Positions 49,699 through 61,949 of a stretch of DNA of 64,000 nucleotides are shown piece by piece. Position numbers and translations under genes: made by a program. The notes beneath the pieces were generated by a model, which saw nothing but the letters and a program-made list of their open reading frames with translations, searched no databases and was not told the origin of the DNA. The stretch's first letter is position 1. The number at the start of each line of letters is the position of its first letter. Origin of the DNA: Octopus sinensis (Eukaryota); contig NC_043014.1 of assembly GCF_006345805.1 (NCBI RefSeq), forward strand, positions 12,586,001-12,650,000, given 5' to 3'.

Positions 49699-51654
49699 TA
49701 ATTGAACTTTTACAAGCTTTTTAATCATTAGTTTTGAGCCTTTAGCTTTCAGATTACTGTCGTGCCAGACAAAATGCTTAGCATTTTCATCCATCTTTAC
49801 ATTCTGAGTTCAAATTCTGCTGAGGTTGACTTTGTCTTTCATCCTTTTGGGTCAATGAAATAAGTGTCAATTGAGCATTGGGTTTCATGTAATGTGGCAC
49901 CAGCACCGGTGCTTTTTACATGGCATCAGCACCAACAAGGTCACCGAGTAACTTCTAAAACAAAAACCCCTTCAGCTAGGAAGGGAGCATTAAGCAAGGT
50001 GGTTTAGGATATCGATTCTGCTGTTGTGGATGGGTCTCCTTGAGTACTATTCCCCTCCCTTAAAATTTCAAGCCTTTTGCCTAAGGAGAAAGGATTATTT
50101 TTTAACTAATCTTGTAGGTTTGAGATTTTTATATGCTTGTTTATTTTTAGAATGACATTGTAGGGTAGGTGTAAGAGGCCAGATCTAGCTGTTTTGAAAT
50201 TAACATAATTGTAATGTGTTTCACTTACGTTGAGAGGATAATTTTATTAAAATTTTTTTTGATTAAATTAATTTTTATTATTTAAAGGTGGTTGAGTTTA
50301 ATATTAATATTATATAAAAAACATAAAACATATCAAAAATTTCAGCCACATATGACTAGTTTAAATGCTAAGGGTTTAAATTGTAATCAACTATATATTT
50401 GGTTAAAAAAATCACCCACTACACTCACGGAGTGGTTGGCGTTAGGAAGGGCATCCAGCCGTAGAAACACTGCCAGATCAGACTGGGCCTGATGCAGCCT
50501 TCTGGCTTCACAGACCCCAGTTGAACCGTCCAACCCATGCTAGCATGGAAAGCGGACGCTAAATGATGATGATGATGATGATGAAATGTTCTGGGCTACA
50601 ATAGAAATTTTAAAATGATATTCATTTGTTACAAATTGTGAAAATTTTTAATTAAACCTGTATCCAGTATCTGTGAATTAACTAACAGCGAGCAATTACT
50701 TTGCGAGGATATTTGTTTAGATTAATAATTGATTTATATTGGAAAATTATTAATCATAATCTTGATGTACATCCGAGTCTTCATCATCATTATCCTGATT
50801 GTTTTTATATCTGCTTTTTCCATGGTGGTATGGTTTAAATGAGACTTCTTGTGTCTATTCTATACCTGATTAGACTGTTCTTTAACCCTTTCATTACCAA
50901 CCCGGCCGAAACCGCCTCTGGTTCTGTAGTACAAATGTCTTGTTTTCATAAATTTTGAATTAAAATCTTCCAGCAAACTTTAGTCACAATTTATGTTCCT
51001 CACACTAGCTTAATGATCATGAAGTTATTTTACTAAATTCTTTGCTACGTCTAAAATAATTGAAAGAAACCCAGAACATCTCAAAAATAAATACGGTAAC
51101 GAAAGGGTTAAAACATCATACAGTCAAGTGGTTAGCTATCTTGTTTATGTGACGTGTGCCCAATCATTACCACAATCCTAGTGCAGTGTCTGTACGGAGT
51201 CACAGAGTCAGACATGCATGTGGATAGACAGACACACGTATAAGTATGATGGTGTGTGGTCTAATGATGAAGATGGTGTTGAACTTATGATTGTAGAGTG
51301 TTAGGTCCAGTTCATGAACCAGGCAGAAAGCATTGTGTTATGTCAGGCTGTACCAGTCTATTCAACTAAAAGCAAGTTCCAGCAGTAGCTGGGCATAACA
51401 TTGTGGCTAACTGGCAGACAGGCATCCTGTCTTGTACTCCCAATTGCTTCTACACTCCAGAAATGAAAATAAACTCCAGCCTAATGACATTGTATGCTTG
51501 AAACAAACTTATGTCAGATATTAGTGATGGAGGTTGCATCATTACTGAATGCGTGTGTGGGTTTAGCTGTGTGGTTACTTCGTTTAGACTGAATCTTACT
51601 TGTTAAACTCTTTCTAACCTTGAAACCATTAGTGCCATCCCATACATACTGTTT

Positions 51655-52312
51655 AAAAGGTGGCAAGCTGGCAAAACCATTAGCTCGCCAGACAAAATAC
51701 TTAGCGGTATTTTGTCCATCATTATGTTCTGAGTTCAACAGGGTTGACAAACTAAGTTACCAGGGAAACACTGGGGTCATTGTAATCAAGTGTTCCCCTC
51801 CCCCAAAATTTCAGTTCTTGTGCCTTTAGTAGAAAGGATTATATTATTATCATATTCATTATTATTACTATTATTATTAAGGCATGAGCTGGCAGAATTG
51901 TTAGCACACCAAGCAAAATGTGTAGTGGCAGAAACGTTAGCACGCCGGCGAAATGCTTCACAGTATTTCGTCTGCCATTACGTTCTGAGTTCAAATTCCA
52001 TCGAGGTCAACTTTACCTTTCATCCTTTCGGGGTCGATAAATTAAGTACCAGTTAAGCACTGGGGTTGATATAATCGACTTAATCCGTTTGTCTGTCCTT
52101 GTTTGTCCCCTCTGTTTAGCCCCTTGTGGGTAGTAAAGAAATAGGTATTTCATCCATCTTTACGTTCTGAGTACAAATTCTGCCGAGGTCAACTTTACTT
52201 TTCATCCTTTCTAAGGGTCAATAAAATAAGTATCAGTCAAGTACTGTGGTCAATGTAATCGACTATCCCTTACCCAAAATTTCAGGCCTTGTGCCTATAG
52301 TAGAAAGGATTA
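51655..52312 (+). mobile_element. cluster of SINE family 1 copies
   Basis: GAGCTGGCAGAA, CTGAGTTCAAATTCC, and tail CCTTGTGCCTATAGTAGAAAGGATTATT. Confidence 0.8.
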
Positions 52313-52319
52313 TTACTGG

Positions 52320-52560
52320 GTGACAGTCTTTATATCCTACTTTATTGGAATGCCATAATGCTGCAGCATTTGTCCTGAGAAAGTCTCTCGCATAGATGTT
52401 TAATGCATAGAAGCACAGAAATAGTAACAGATGAGAACTGTCCAGCATTGTTGTTGTAATGGCATTCACCTGAAAGGGCTTAAGCCAGCTCCTATTCAGT
52501 TCACTGCATCACAGGTGAGTTCATAGGAGTTTCAAAGGATGAGCAGAGTCTGTGAAAACA
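52320..52560 (-). mobile_element. old RTE RT fragment
   Basis: Minus strand RETF..QMLQHYGIPIK (cf. RETLWKILxHYGIP). Confidence 0.45.
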
Positions 52561-55500
52561 GTTCCCATCTGTGTTTGTAAGCCACCATACACACCTGGTG
52601 GCAGGTCATCCTTGTGTTATGCCTTCTTGCTGCAGGATTCCTGCAGATATGATCCAGCGCCACCAGGAAGCCACTAGATTCCAGAACAGATGCTGCCTGA
52701 AACTCACCATTGTCCTCCAGTGAGCTGGGTTGCAGCCCTGGGCCCGCCAGTGCCAGACCTCTCGACCTTGGGTGGTCCTATCAGGGACTCGAAGTCCCTG
52801 GTGGCATAGCTCTGACACTCACTCCTTTAACCTTCCCACCACAATGAGGTCAAGAGATGGACTTTGAGGAAGGACTGTTCTGTATTGGTTATGGAACTGC
52901 TGTATCACATGGTTTCAGCGTTCTTTGCACCTCATCATCAGCAGGTATCCATTAATGTCGTTATCGTCATCATCATCATTATCATTTAACTTTCATTTCC
53001 ATACTAACATGGGTTGGACAGTTAGACAGCAGCTGGTAAGCCAATGTAAACAATGTGATCTAAGATAGGAATCTTTGATGTCTATGTAAGCATAGAAATA
53101 TTCGTTTATGCAGCTAACTGGCTTCCGTGCCAGTGGGACGTAAAAAGCACCATTCGTTACCAGCGTCACCTTCCTGGCACTTGTGCTGGTGGCAGATGAA
53201 AAAACATTCGAGCGAGGTCGTTGCCAGTGCCGCTGGACTGGCTCCTGTGCAGGTGGCATGTAAAAAAAAACACCATTTGAGTATGGCTGTTGCCAGTACC
53301 ACCTGACTGGCCCTCGTGCCGGTGGCATGTAAAAGCACCTACTACACTCTCAGAATGGTTGGCATTAGGAAGGGCATCCAGCTGTAGAAACTGTGCCAGA
53401 TCAAGATTGGCGCCCTGGGCAGCCATCTGGTTCGCCAGTCCTCAGTAAAATCGTCCAACCCATGCCAGCATGGAAAGCGGACATTAAACGATGATGATGA
53501 TGATGATGCTGTGCTGGTTCTGAATTCTGTAGATAAACTTTAAAATGAGAATATCACACTGCTAACACAGGATAAGACACAATATTGACTTGTAAATATA
53601 CTTGGTAGTATATTATAGTTGCAAAATGAAATACTGTGTCCTTGCCAGCAATTAATATATATATATGTATATATATTCTTTTATTCTTTTACTTGTTTCA
53701 GTCATTTGACTACGGCCATGCTGGAGCACCACCTTAAAGGGTTTTAGTCAAAGAAATTGATTCCAGGACTTATTCTTTGTAAGCCTAGTACTTATTCTAT
53801 CAGTCTCTTTGCTGAACTGCTAAGTTATGGGGATGTAAACATACTAACACCAGTTGTCAAGAGGTGATGGAGTGGGGGACAAACACAGACACACACATAC
53901 GCACACAATGGGCTTCTTTCAGTTTCCCTCTACCAAGTCCACTCACAAGGCTTTGGTCAGCCCGAGGATATAATAGAAGGCACTTGTCCAAGGTGCCACG
54001 TGGTGGGACTGAACCCGGATCCATGTGGTTGGGAAGCAAGTTTCTCACCCCACAGCCATGCCTATGCATACATGTCTCTATATATGTTAAGAGGAGGCAC
54101 ACAAAGCAATGTTGAATAAAATATACATGTGTACAATCTTAATTAATACATTTGTGGACACTTAAGACATAGGAAGCCCTTTCACAGCTAAAATTTAAAA
54201 AATTCTCCTCACAGACAACGTGTGTGAAAACACATTGGGCCATGAATGACAGATTGTGGGACACATGTACTTCTGTGTCATCAGTTTTCATCAGCCAATA
54301 TTATATCAGCGAGCTGCAGAATCGTTAGCATGCCAGACAAAATTTATAGCAGTATTTCATTCATCTTTATGTTCTGAGTTCAAATTCCACTGAGGTCGAC
54401 TCTGCCTTCATCCTTTTTGGGGGTCAAGAAGGAAACCCCAAAAAACATGAAATAAAATGATGAAGACTAATCTCAGGACCTTGTACTTCACAGAAGAGGT
54501 GAGAAAGGGGCTGGGATGTCTGGCAAGATGAGGTTCTTGAGAAGTCCCACCCACCACTGCAAAACTGAATTCTGCAAACACTGTGTGCATATGTGTATGT
54601 ATATATATATATATATATACAAATCGGCATCTTACTCAATCTCCTCCTTATATATATCTCCCCCATGATACCATTTTATTTTTTCTTGCTTCCTGAAATG
54701 ATTTCACTTGTTAGCCATTCTTCATCCATTAATTATTACATGTATGTATATATATGTGTGTGTGCATGCATACATACACACATGACATCATCATCATCAT
54801 CATTATTGTTTGTATTCCATGCTGGCATGAGTTGAACAGTCTAACAGAATCCAACAGATCGGAGGGCTGTGTTGAGCTCCAGTGTCAATAATGGTTTCTA
54901 TTGTTGGACAAGATTCCTAATGCAAACCATTTTACAGAGTGTGCTGGGTGCCTTTTTATGTCACCAGCACTAGTGAGGTTGCCGAATAGGTCACAAAACA
55001 AGACCCTGTTGTTTAGGAGGGGCTGTAGTATTGAAGGAGATGGCTTTATGCCAGAGGTTGAAAGGTAAGAGTATGATGGGTGGGGTGATAAAAACAACAG
55101 ATATCTTGCTATAGAAGAGATACATGGCTACCATAACAGGAAAAAGGGAGTGATGATAAGCTGTCACAATGTACCTCCAAGGTCAAAGAGATTCAATGTG
55201 ATGGGTATAGGGACAGAGGGGATAGGTGAGGTAGTTTGGGGTGGGGGAAGCAGACAAGTTCACAAGAGTGTGAGGTGAGTGGCAAATGGTTAGAGAAGGA
55301 GATACAGGTGATGTGGTGGACAGCAAACAGGGTAGGGTGCATGGTCAGTGGTGAATATCATTTTAGGAGAAGGTGAAGGAAACGGGAGTGGGTCAGGAAA
55401 GGGCTGATATGAGATGGTGTGTAATAGTGATACTCTGTAAAGTGTTAGGTAGGGTGTCCAGCCATAGAAAATGTGCCAAGTCAGACTGGAGTCTGGAGCA

Positions 55501-55689
55501 GCTCCCCAGCATTGGTCAAACCATCCGACCCATGCCAGCATGGAAAACATACATTAAATGATGGTGGTGATGATGATGAGAGGATATTGAGACTGTCAGA
55601 TGAATGAATGACAAAGGGAAGTGGACATAAGGAGAGGAGAACTAGTTACGTATAAATGTGGGGAATGAAATATGTGCATCTCTGCATTC

Positions 55690-55960
55690 ATATAATTATA
55701 ATTACAGAAGCTGAGATTCATCAGTGTCCACTGTCCTCTGAAATGATTTTGTGGACATTCTGAACAGTTCCATCTGCTTCAAACTTATCACTAATTGATG
55801 CTAATTCACGTAGGTGGATTTTTCTGAAACTTCCTCTTAAACTGTCTTTGAACTTTTATTATGGTTCCAAACTTCCAGTAGCATTGTAGGATAAATTTTC
55901 TTTGTTCAAAGCTTAGCTTGGTTCTTTTCATTATTTCTAAGGGGTCAAATCTGAAAAGAA
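55690..55960 (-). mobile_element. DUF4817-type Tc1/mariner transposase N-terminal remnant
   Basis: Minus strand MKRTKLSFEQRKFILQCYWKF...VQRQFKRKFQKNPPT*...DKFEADGTVQNVHK. Confidence 0.7.
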
Positions 55961-57137
55961 ATGAATATTGAGTGGGTTATCTGCTGTTAAAGTTTGTTTA
56001 CCACATACCTAGACCTTCTCATAGTAATACTTTAAGACTTTATTCAAAACTTTTGAATAAAGTTTTTGTAAATAAGAAATTTCTTCAGCTTGCCTGTTTT
56101 CTCATCTCAAATAAAAAATGTTGGTGTGGTTCTTGTAAGTAGTTAGTTTGATGTCAGTTGTATGTGCTAATTGATTTTATTTTATACAGCTTTTAGCCAT
56201 TCGAAATCAAACTTATTATTAAAACACTTATGAACATTACTCATAAATCCAAAACAATTCTTCTTGAAGTATTAACATACTCCAGCTATTATTGTTTCAG
56301 TATTGTCTCTTGCTGTAATGCAAACTTCCGTTATTTCTCTTGAATTTTAGTAATTCTTAGTAACTAAGTTTTGTTCTTTTCTAAATAGTGAGCATTTCAA
56401 AGTGGTACCACTAATTAACCCCCTAGCATTTTAGATTATTCTAATGTAATGCTTATTTATTCACATTGTTTTGAATTACTCATGCATTATCTCATGGTTT
56501 CAAGATTTTGATGATGTGGTTGTATATTTTTAGTATGACATTGTAGAGTAGGTGTGAGAGGCCAAAAAACAAGTAGAATATTTGAGCCAAATTAAATGCT
56601 ATAGATTAGATATTAAAAATTTCCCAACAGTAAAAAAATGTTTATACTCCTATTTCTTTTCATAATGCTACCAGATGTTAAGATTTCTTTATATGTAATT
56701 ACTGCCCATATGCATATTTTTTTGTTGCCCAAATATATTTATTGCTTTGGTAGTTTTGTTTAACACTTCAAGTAAAACTCAATTTGCTGTATAAAATTCT
56801 AGTTTCACATTTTGTTGCCAGACACTCACGTGAAAATAACTTCCCTTGCCTTATTTGATGGCATTATACATCACACTTTCTATTTGCACCCAAAATGTCT
56901 CAAAAAATTGCCTTAGGTCCTATATGTGAAGTTGAGCCTCCCATAAGTTTTAGTGCACTAAAATTTTTTCCCCAAAGTATACTTTACTGAAATTGGAATG
57001 CATCTAATAAGCCCGTGTGTCTTTTATGACATTAAACATGATGATTTTAGAATAGAATTATAGCTTCTTTTGAAAGATATTTTATTTTCTAAAATCTTTA
57101 TATATAAGAATTTCCTCTTTATTTTGTGAATTTCTAG

Positions 57138-57264
57138 TACCACTGAGCAAGATCAGAAACGCATTACTCACAACAATTCCGAAAAGCAGCGAAAAGAGAA
57201 AATCAAGACTAAAATTGAAAACATTGGTCACCTTTTGCCCCGAATAAGAAATAATGAAAAGCAG
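57138..57264 (+). CDS. USF3: bHLH transcription factor (USF3-like), exon encoding the basic region and helix 1
   Basis: TTTCTAG| ... CAG|GTACTA; 127 nt, open: TTEQDQKRITHNNSEKQRKEKIKTKIENIGHLLPRIRNNEKQ. HNxxExxRK, IGxLxP and terminal KQ match my recollection of USF3 (HNAVERHRKKKINAGINRIGELIP..KQ). Confidence 0.85.
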
Positions 57265-59567
57265 GTACTATTTTTACTTAATGTTTATAAAAACAAACAA
57301 ATACAAGTAAACTGAGTATAGGCGTAGGAGTGGGTGTGTGCTAAGTAGCTTGCTTGCGAACCACATGGTTCCGGGTTCAATCCCACTGCGTGGCACCTTG
57401 GGCAAGTGTCTTCTACTATAGCCTCTGGCCGACCAAAGCCTTGCGAGTGGATTTGGTAGACGCCCTTTGTGTATATATACATATATATATGTATGTGTGT
57501 GTGTGTGTGTGTGTGTTTGTCTGTGTCTGTTCCCCCAACATCGCTTGACAACGATGCTGGTGTGTTATGTCCCCATAACTTAGTGGTTCAGCAAAAGAGA
57601 CCGATAGAATAAGTACTAGGCTTACAAAGAATAAGTCCTGGGGTCGATTTGCTCGACTAAAGGTGATGCTCCAGCATGGCCGTAGTCAAATGACTGAAAC
57701 GAGCAAAAGAGTAAACCCGAACATGATTTAATGCAAGGAAATTACTTTGTAATCATTTGTAGTCAGTGATAACAAGTGACCGAGACATTTGGTGATATGC
57801 GGTGCAAATGAAATTGTAGTCATGGCACCCTTGAAATCATAGTTTTGACCGTTGCCAGTGTCATGTAAATGGCACCCATGCCAGTGGCACGTAAAAAGCA
57901 CCCGTTCCACTCTTGGAGTGGTGGGCATTAGGAAGGGTGTCCAGCCGTGGAAACTATGCCAAACTAGACTGGGAGCTGGTACAGCTCTCTGGCTTAACAG
58001 TTCCAGCCAAATCATCTAACCCATGCCAGCATGAAAAACGGACGTTAAATGACGATAATGATGATAATGATGTAACAGAAACATCTTTCTGCCATCTCCA
58101 AAATGGAACCACTTATGGATGACCTATGTTCTATAGTTTATGTCCGCAAAGGAGTTTAAATGAGTTAGTATTGAAGTTCAGAGAATGTGAATACTTTGGA
58201 TAGTTTGTTTCTTTTGAATTTCTCTGTCCATTTTAGTAAGTTTATTCTTATTGAGAACTGTATGTTGTCGATGTCATGAGAATTTATGAACTTTGATGAG
58301 GGTGTGGTTAAGAAGCTTGCTTCGCAAACACATGGTTCCAGGTTCAGTCCCACTGTGTGATTGATACCTTAGGCAAGTGTCTTCTACTACAGCTTCAGGC
58401 CAACCAAAGCCTTGTGAGTGGATTTGGTTGTCAGAAATTGAAAGAAGCCCATTGTGTGTGTCTTTGTGTCTCTGTTTGTCCCCTACTTGACAACCGGTGT
58501 TGGTGGGGGTTACATCTCCATAACTTAGCACCTTGGCAATAGAGACCAATAGAATAAGTACGAGGCTTAAAAGAAGAAAATGTACTGCAGTCAATTCATT
58601 TGATTAAAAATCCTTGTAGGCGGTGCCCCAGTCTGGCTGCATTCTGATGACTGGAACGAGTAAAAGAAAAGAAATTCTTTGTTTTGGAATAGGGGATCTT
58701 GAAGCAGACATAGAGCTATAAACATAGCATATAAATATTGGGTTGAAAACCTCTTTTGGATAGAAAAAGTTAAAAGCTACCTGTTGGACAGATCTTTGAT
58801 TTTTGTATCCAAAAGAATTTTTCAACCCATTATTTATAGCTTTATGTGCTGTTTGAGGTCCACTATTCCAAAAAAAAAAGAGAATTATTTCATGTTCTCT
58901 CAAATGTTTACAAAGTCCTTTTGGCATCAACTTCTTTTCTGTGTAATTCATGGACAGAAATAAAAGCTATGCCAGGCCTTGCTCAGAATTATGACAGAAA
59001 ACAGCTTTGTAAAGGCAGATGGCTTGTAAAAAACACCAGTTGAGCATGGCCATTGCCAGTACTGCCTGACTGACCCTCGTACTGGTGGCATGTAAAAGCA
59101 CCCACTACGCTCTCGGAGTGGTTGGCGTTAGGAAGGGCATCCAGCTGTAGAAACTCTGCCAGATCAGATTGGAGCCTGGTGCAGCCATCTGGTTTGCCAG
59201 TCCTCAGTCAAATCGTCCAACCCATGCTAGCATGGAAAGCGGACGTTAAACCATGATGATGATGATGATGATAGTACCTGACGTTGCTTATGTTGCTAAA
59301 CAACACTTCACTTTCTATTTTGAAATATCCTTAAAATGGCCGCTTTAATTAGTTTTCTCACCTGCAAATGTTCCTCTGCAACACACCAACTCACCAACAT
59401 TCCAAAGAAAGCCTTTGCTCTCATGAGATTATCTAACCAATTCCTGATCAAGGAAATTCACCTCAGATCTTACTGCTACACAACAGCTCCTGCCTCTCTC
59501 AAACTGTTTGAGATTTCAGATTGGTCAATTGGTCAGAGGTCCAACAGTTTTACACAGACTACCCTAT

Positions 59568-59960
59568 GGCCCTGTGGTTCAGTGGTTAGAGCATCAAGGT
59601 CACAATCAAGGTTGTGAGTTTGATTCCTGAACTGGGCTTAGTGTTGTGTTCTTGAGCAGGACACTTTATCTCATGTTGCTCTACTTGAATCAGCTGTAGA
59701 AATGAGTTGTATCATCACTGGTGTCAAGCTGTATCAGTCTTTGTCTTTCTCTTGGGTAACATTGGTAGCATGAAGAGGGGAGGCTAGGTGCAACCCCACA
59801 GTCATTCATGATCGTTATGGGTCTTTACCCATTACCCTATGTACATATAATGGTGTGGAGAGGGGAGCATGGGCAACTGCTGGTCTTCCGTAAACAACTT
59901 TGCTTGGGCTTGTGCCTCAGGGGGGAACTCTCTAGGTGCAATCCCATGGTCATTCATCAC
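59568..59960 (+). mobile_element. degenerate SINE family 3 copy; another at about 60940-61172 (-)
   Basis: GTGGTTCAGTGGTTAGAGC...GAGTTTGATTCC head and TTCTTGAGCAGGACAC core. Confidence 0.6.
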
Positions 59961-61229
59961 TGGAGGAAGCCTTTACCTTTTTGTCCTATGGTCCTTAATA
60001 GTAAATGTGGATCATCTTTGATCTATCTCTTATGGTTGTGTCGTATATGCATGTATGCATCTTTTATCTTTTACTTGTGGTTGACTATTTTGGTCAAGTG
60101 AATTGACAGCAGTGCTTATCTTTTTTAAAGCTTGGTATTTATTCAATTGTTCTCTTTTGCCAAACCACTAAGTTACATGGACGTAAACACACCAACACTG
60201 GTTGTCAAGCAGTGGTGGGGGACAAACACAAACAATAAGACACACACACTTCATCTCCTCCTATCCACGTATGCACAAAATGCAATTATTGTATTAAGCA
60301 AAAGATATCAGTAGACAATAGTTTTGTAATTCTTCTTTTATTTTTACTTGTTTCAGTCATTTAACTGTGGCCATGCTGGACCTCTGCCTTCAATTTACAT
60401 TTCTTTATACTAAAGAATTGCCTTTCATAATCTCTACTCTCTTTTACTTGTTTCAGTCATTTGACTGCGGCCATGCTGGAGCACTGCCTTTAGTCGAGCA
60501 AATTGACCCCGGGACTTATTCTTTGTAAGCCTAGTACTTATTCTATTGGTCTCTTTTGCCGAACCGCTAAGTAACAGGGACATAAACACACCAGCATCAG
60601 TTGTCAAGTAATGCTAGGGGGACAAACACAGACACACAAACATATACATATATATATATATATATACATATATACGACGGGCTTCTTGCAGTTTCTGTGT
60701 ACCAAATCTACTCACAAGCTTTGGTCGGCCTGAGGCTATAGTAGAAGACCCTTGCCCAAGGTGCCACGCAGTGGGACTGAACCCAGAGCCATGTGGTTGG
60801 TAAGCAAGCTACTTATCACACAGCCACTTCTGCGCCTATATGTGACATTTTTCATTTGTTCTTCTGTTTAATTTTTTTTCTTTTTAAATTTGTTATCTCA
60901 GTAGGAAATCTCATGCCCACATGGCTGACCAAACTGTGAGACATTGTTGCACATCAGTAATCACAGTGTGCTTTGCATTGTTTTGCCTTTCAAATGATGC
61001 CACTCTGCTGGTTGGATGAGCCGGCCAGCATTCCCCACTGATTGATAGGGAAACTGGATCAGTGTGAAATCAAGTGTTTTCGCTCAAGAACACAACATGC
61101 TGCCCAGTCTAAGAATCGAACCCAAAATCTAGCGATCATCAGTGCAATACCCTAACCACTAAGCCACGTGCCTTCACCAACAGGAAATATATATATATAT
61201 AACAAATACAATTATTTTATTATTTTTAG

Positions 61230-61326
61230 AGTACACTGGCAATATTGGAACGAGCTGCTGATTATATTACAGAAATACAGGATAAAAATGACCAATTGAT
61301 GTGTGATAATGGAGTGGAAGTTCAAA
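61230..61326 (+). CDS. USF3: bHLH transcription factor (USF3-like), exon encoding loop end and helix 2
   Basis: TTATTTTTAG| ... CAAA|GTAAGT; 97 nt, phase 0 start: STLAILERAADYITEIQDKNDQLMCDNGVEVQ, colinear with USF3 SKNMILDQAFKYITELKRQNDELLLNGGNNEQ (from memory). The gene continues beyond the window. Confidence 0.85.
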
Positions 61327-61344
61327 GTAAGTATAATAAATTTG

Positions 61345-61558
61345 ATTTCAAATTTTGGCACAAGGCCAGCAAATTTGGGGGAAGGAACAAGTCGATTGCA
61401 TTGACCCCAGTGCTCAACTGGTGCTTACTTTACTGGTCCCAAAAGGATGAAAGGCAAAGTTGACCTCGGCAGCATTTGAACTCAGAACTTAAAGATGGAC
61501 GAAATGCCGCGAAGCATTTTGCCTGGTGTGCTAATGATTCTGCCAGCTCGCCACCTTA
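61345..61558 (-). mobile_element. SINE family 1 copy
   Basis: GGCACAAGGCCAGC...CATTTGAACTCAG...GATTCTGCCAGCTCGCCACC. Confidence 0.8.
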
Positions 61559-61949
61559 ATTTGATTTTTAACTTAGTCAATGAAGATGTAATCAAAGCCT
61601 AGTATTTTTATTTCATCTGCATTTTATGTCCCTTTTTTTTCCCCCTTGCTTACATGGATTGAACAAGTTTCCTCCTGCACAGAGCCTTGCCATTTGTTGC
61701 AGTCCCTTGTTGTTCCCATGAAATTCAGTATCCTGAGATCAACTTTTGCCACACCTCATGGCTTCTTCTTCAGCAGGTTTCCTTCACTAAAATTGCTAAG
61801 CCTTTCTTCACCCAATGGTTATTGTTCATATATATCATATGTGCATACCAGCACAGCTCCAGCATTCATTACACGTTTAGCAGAGTACACTCACTCTTTT
61901 CTTTTTTTTTTTGTGCTGTGGGCTTGCTTTGTTTCAAATTTTGAAGACC

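Noticed and set aside
56190-56270. Strong-looking acceptor (TGCTAAT...TATACAG) in the intron before the basic-region exon
   Set aside because: Stops in the required frame and no good donor; 49205 joins 57138 in frame without it.
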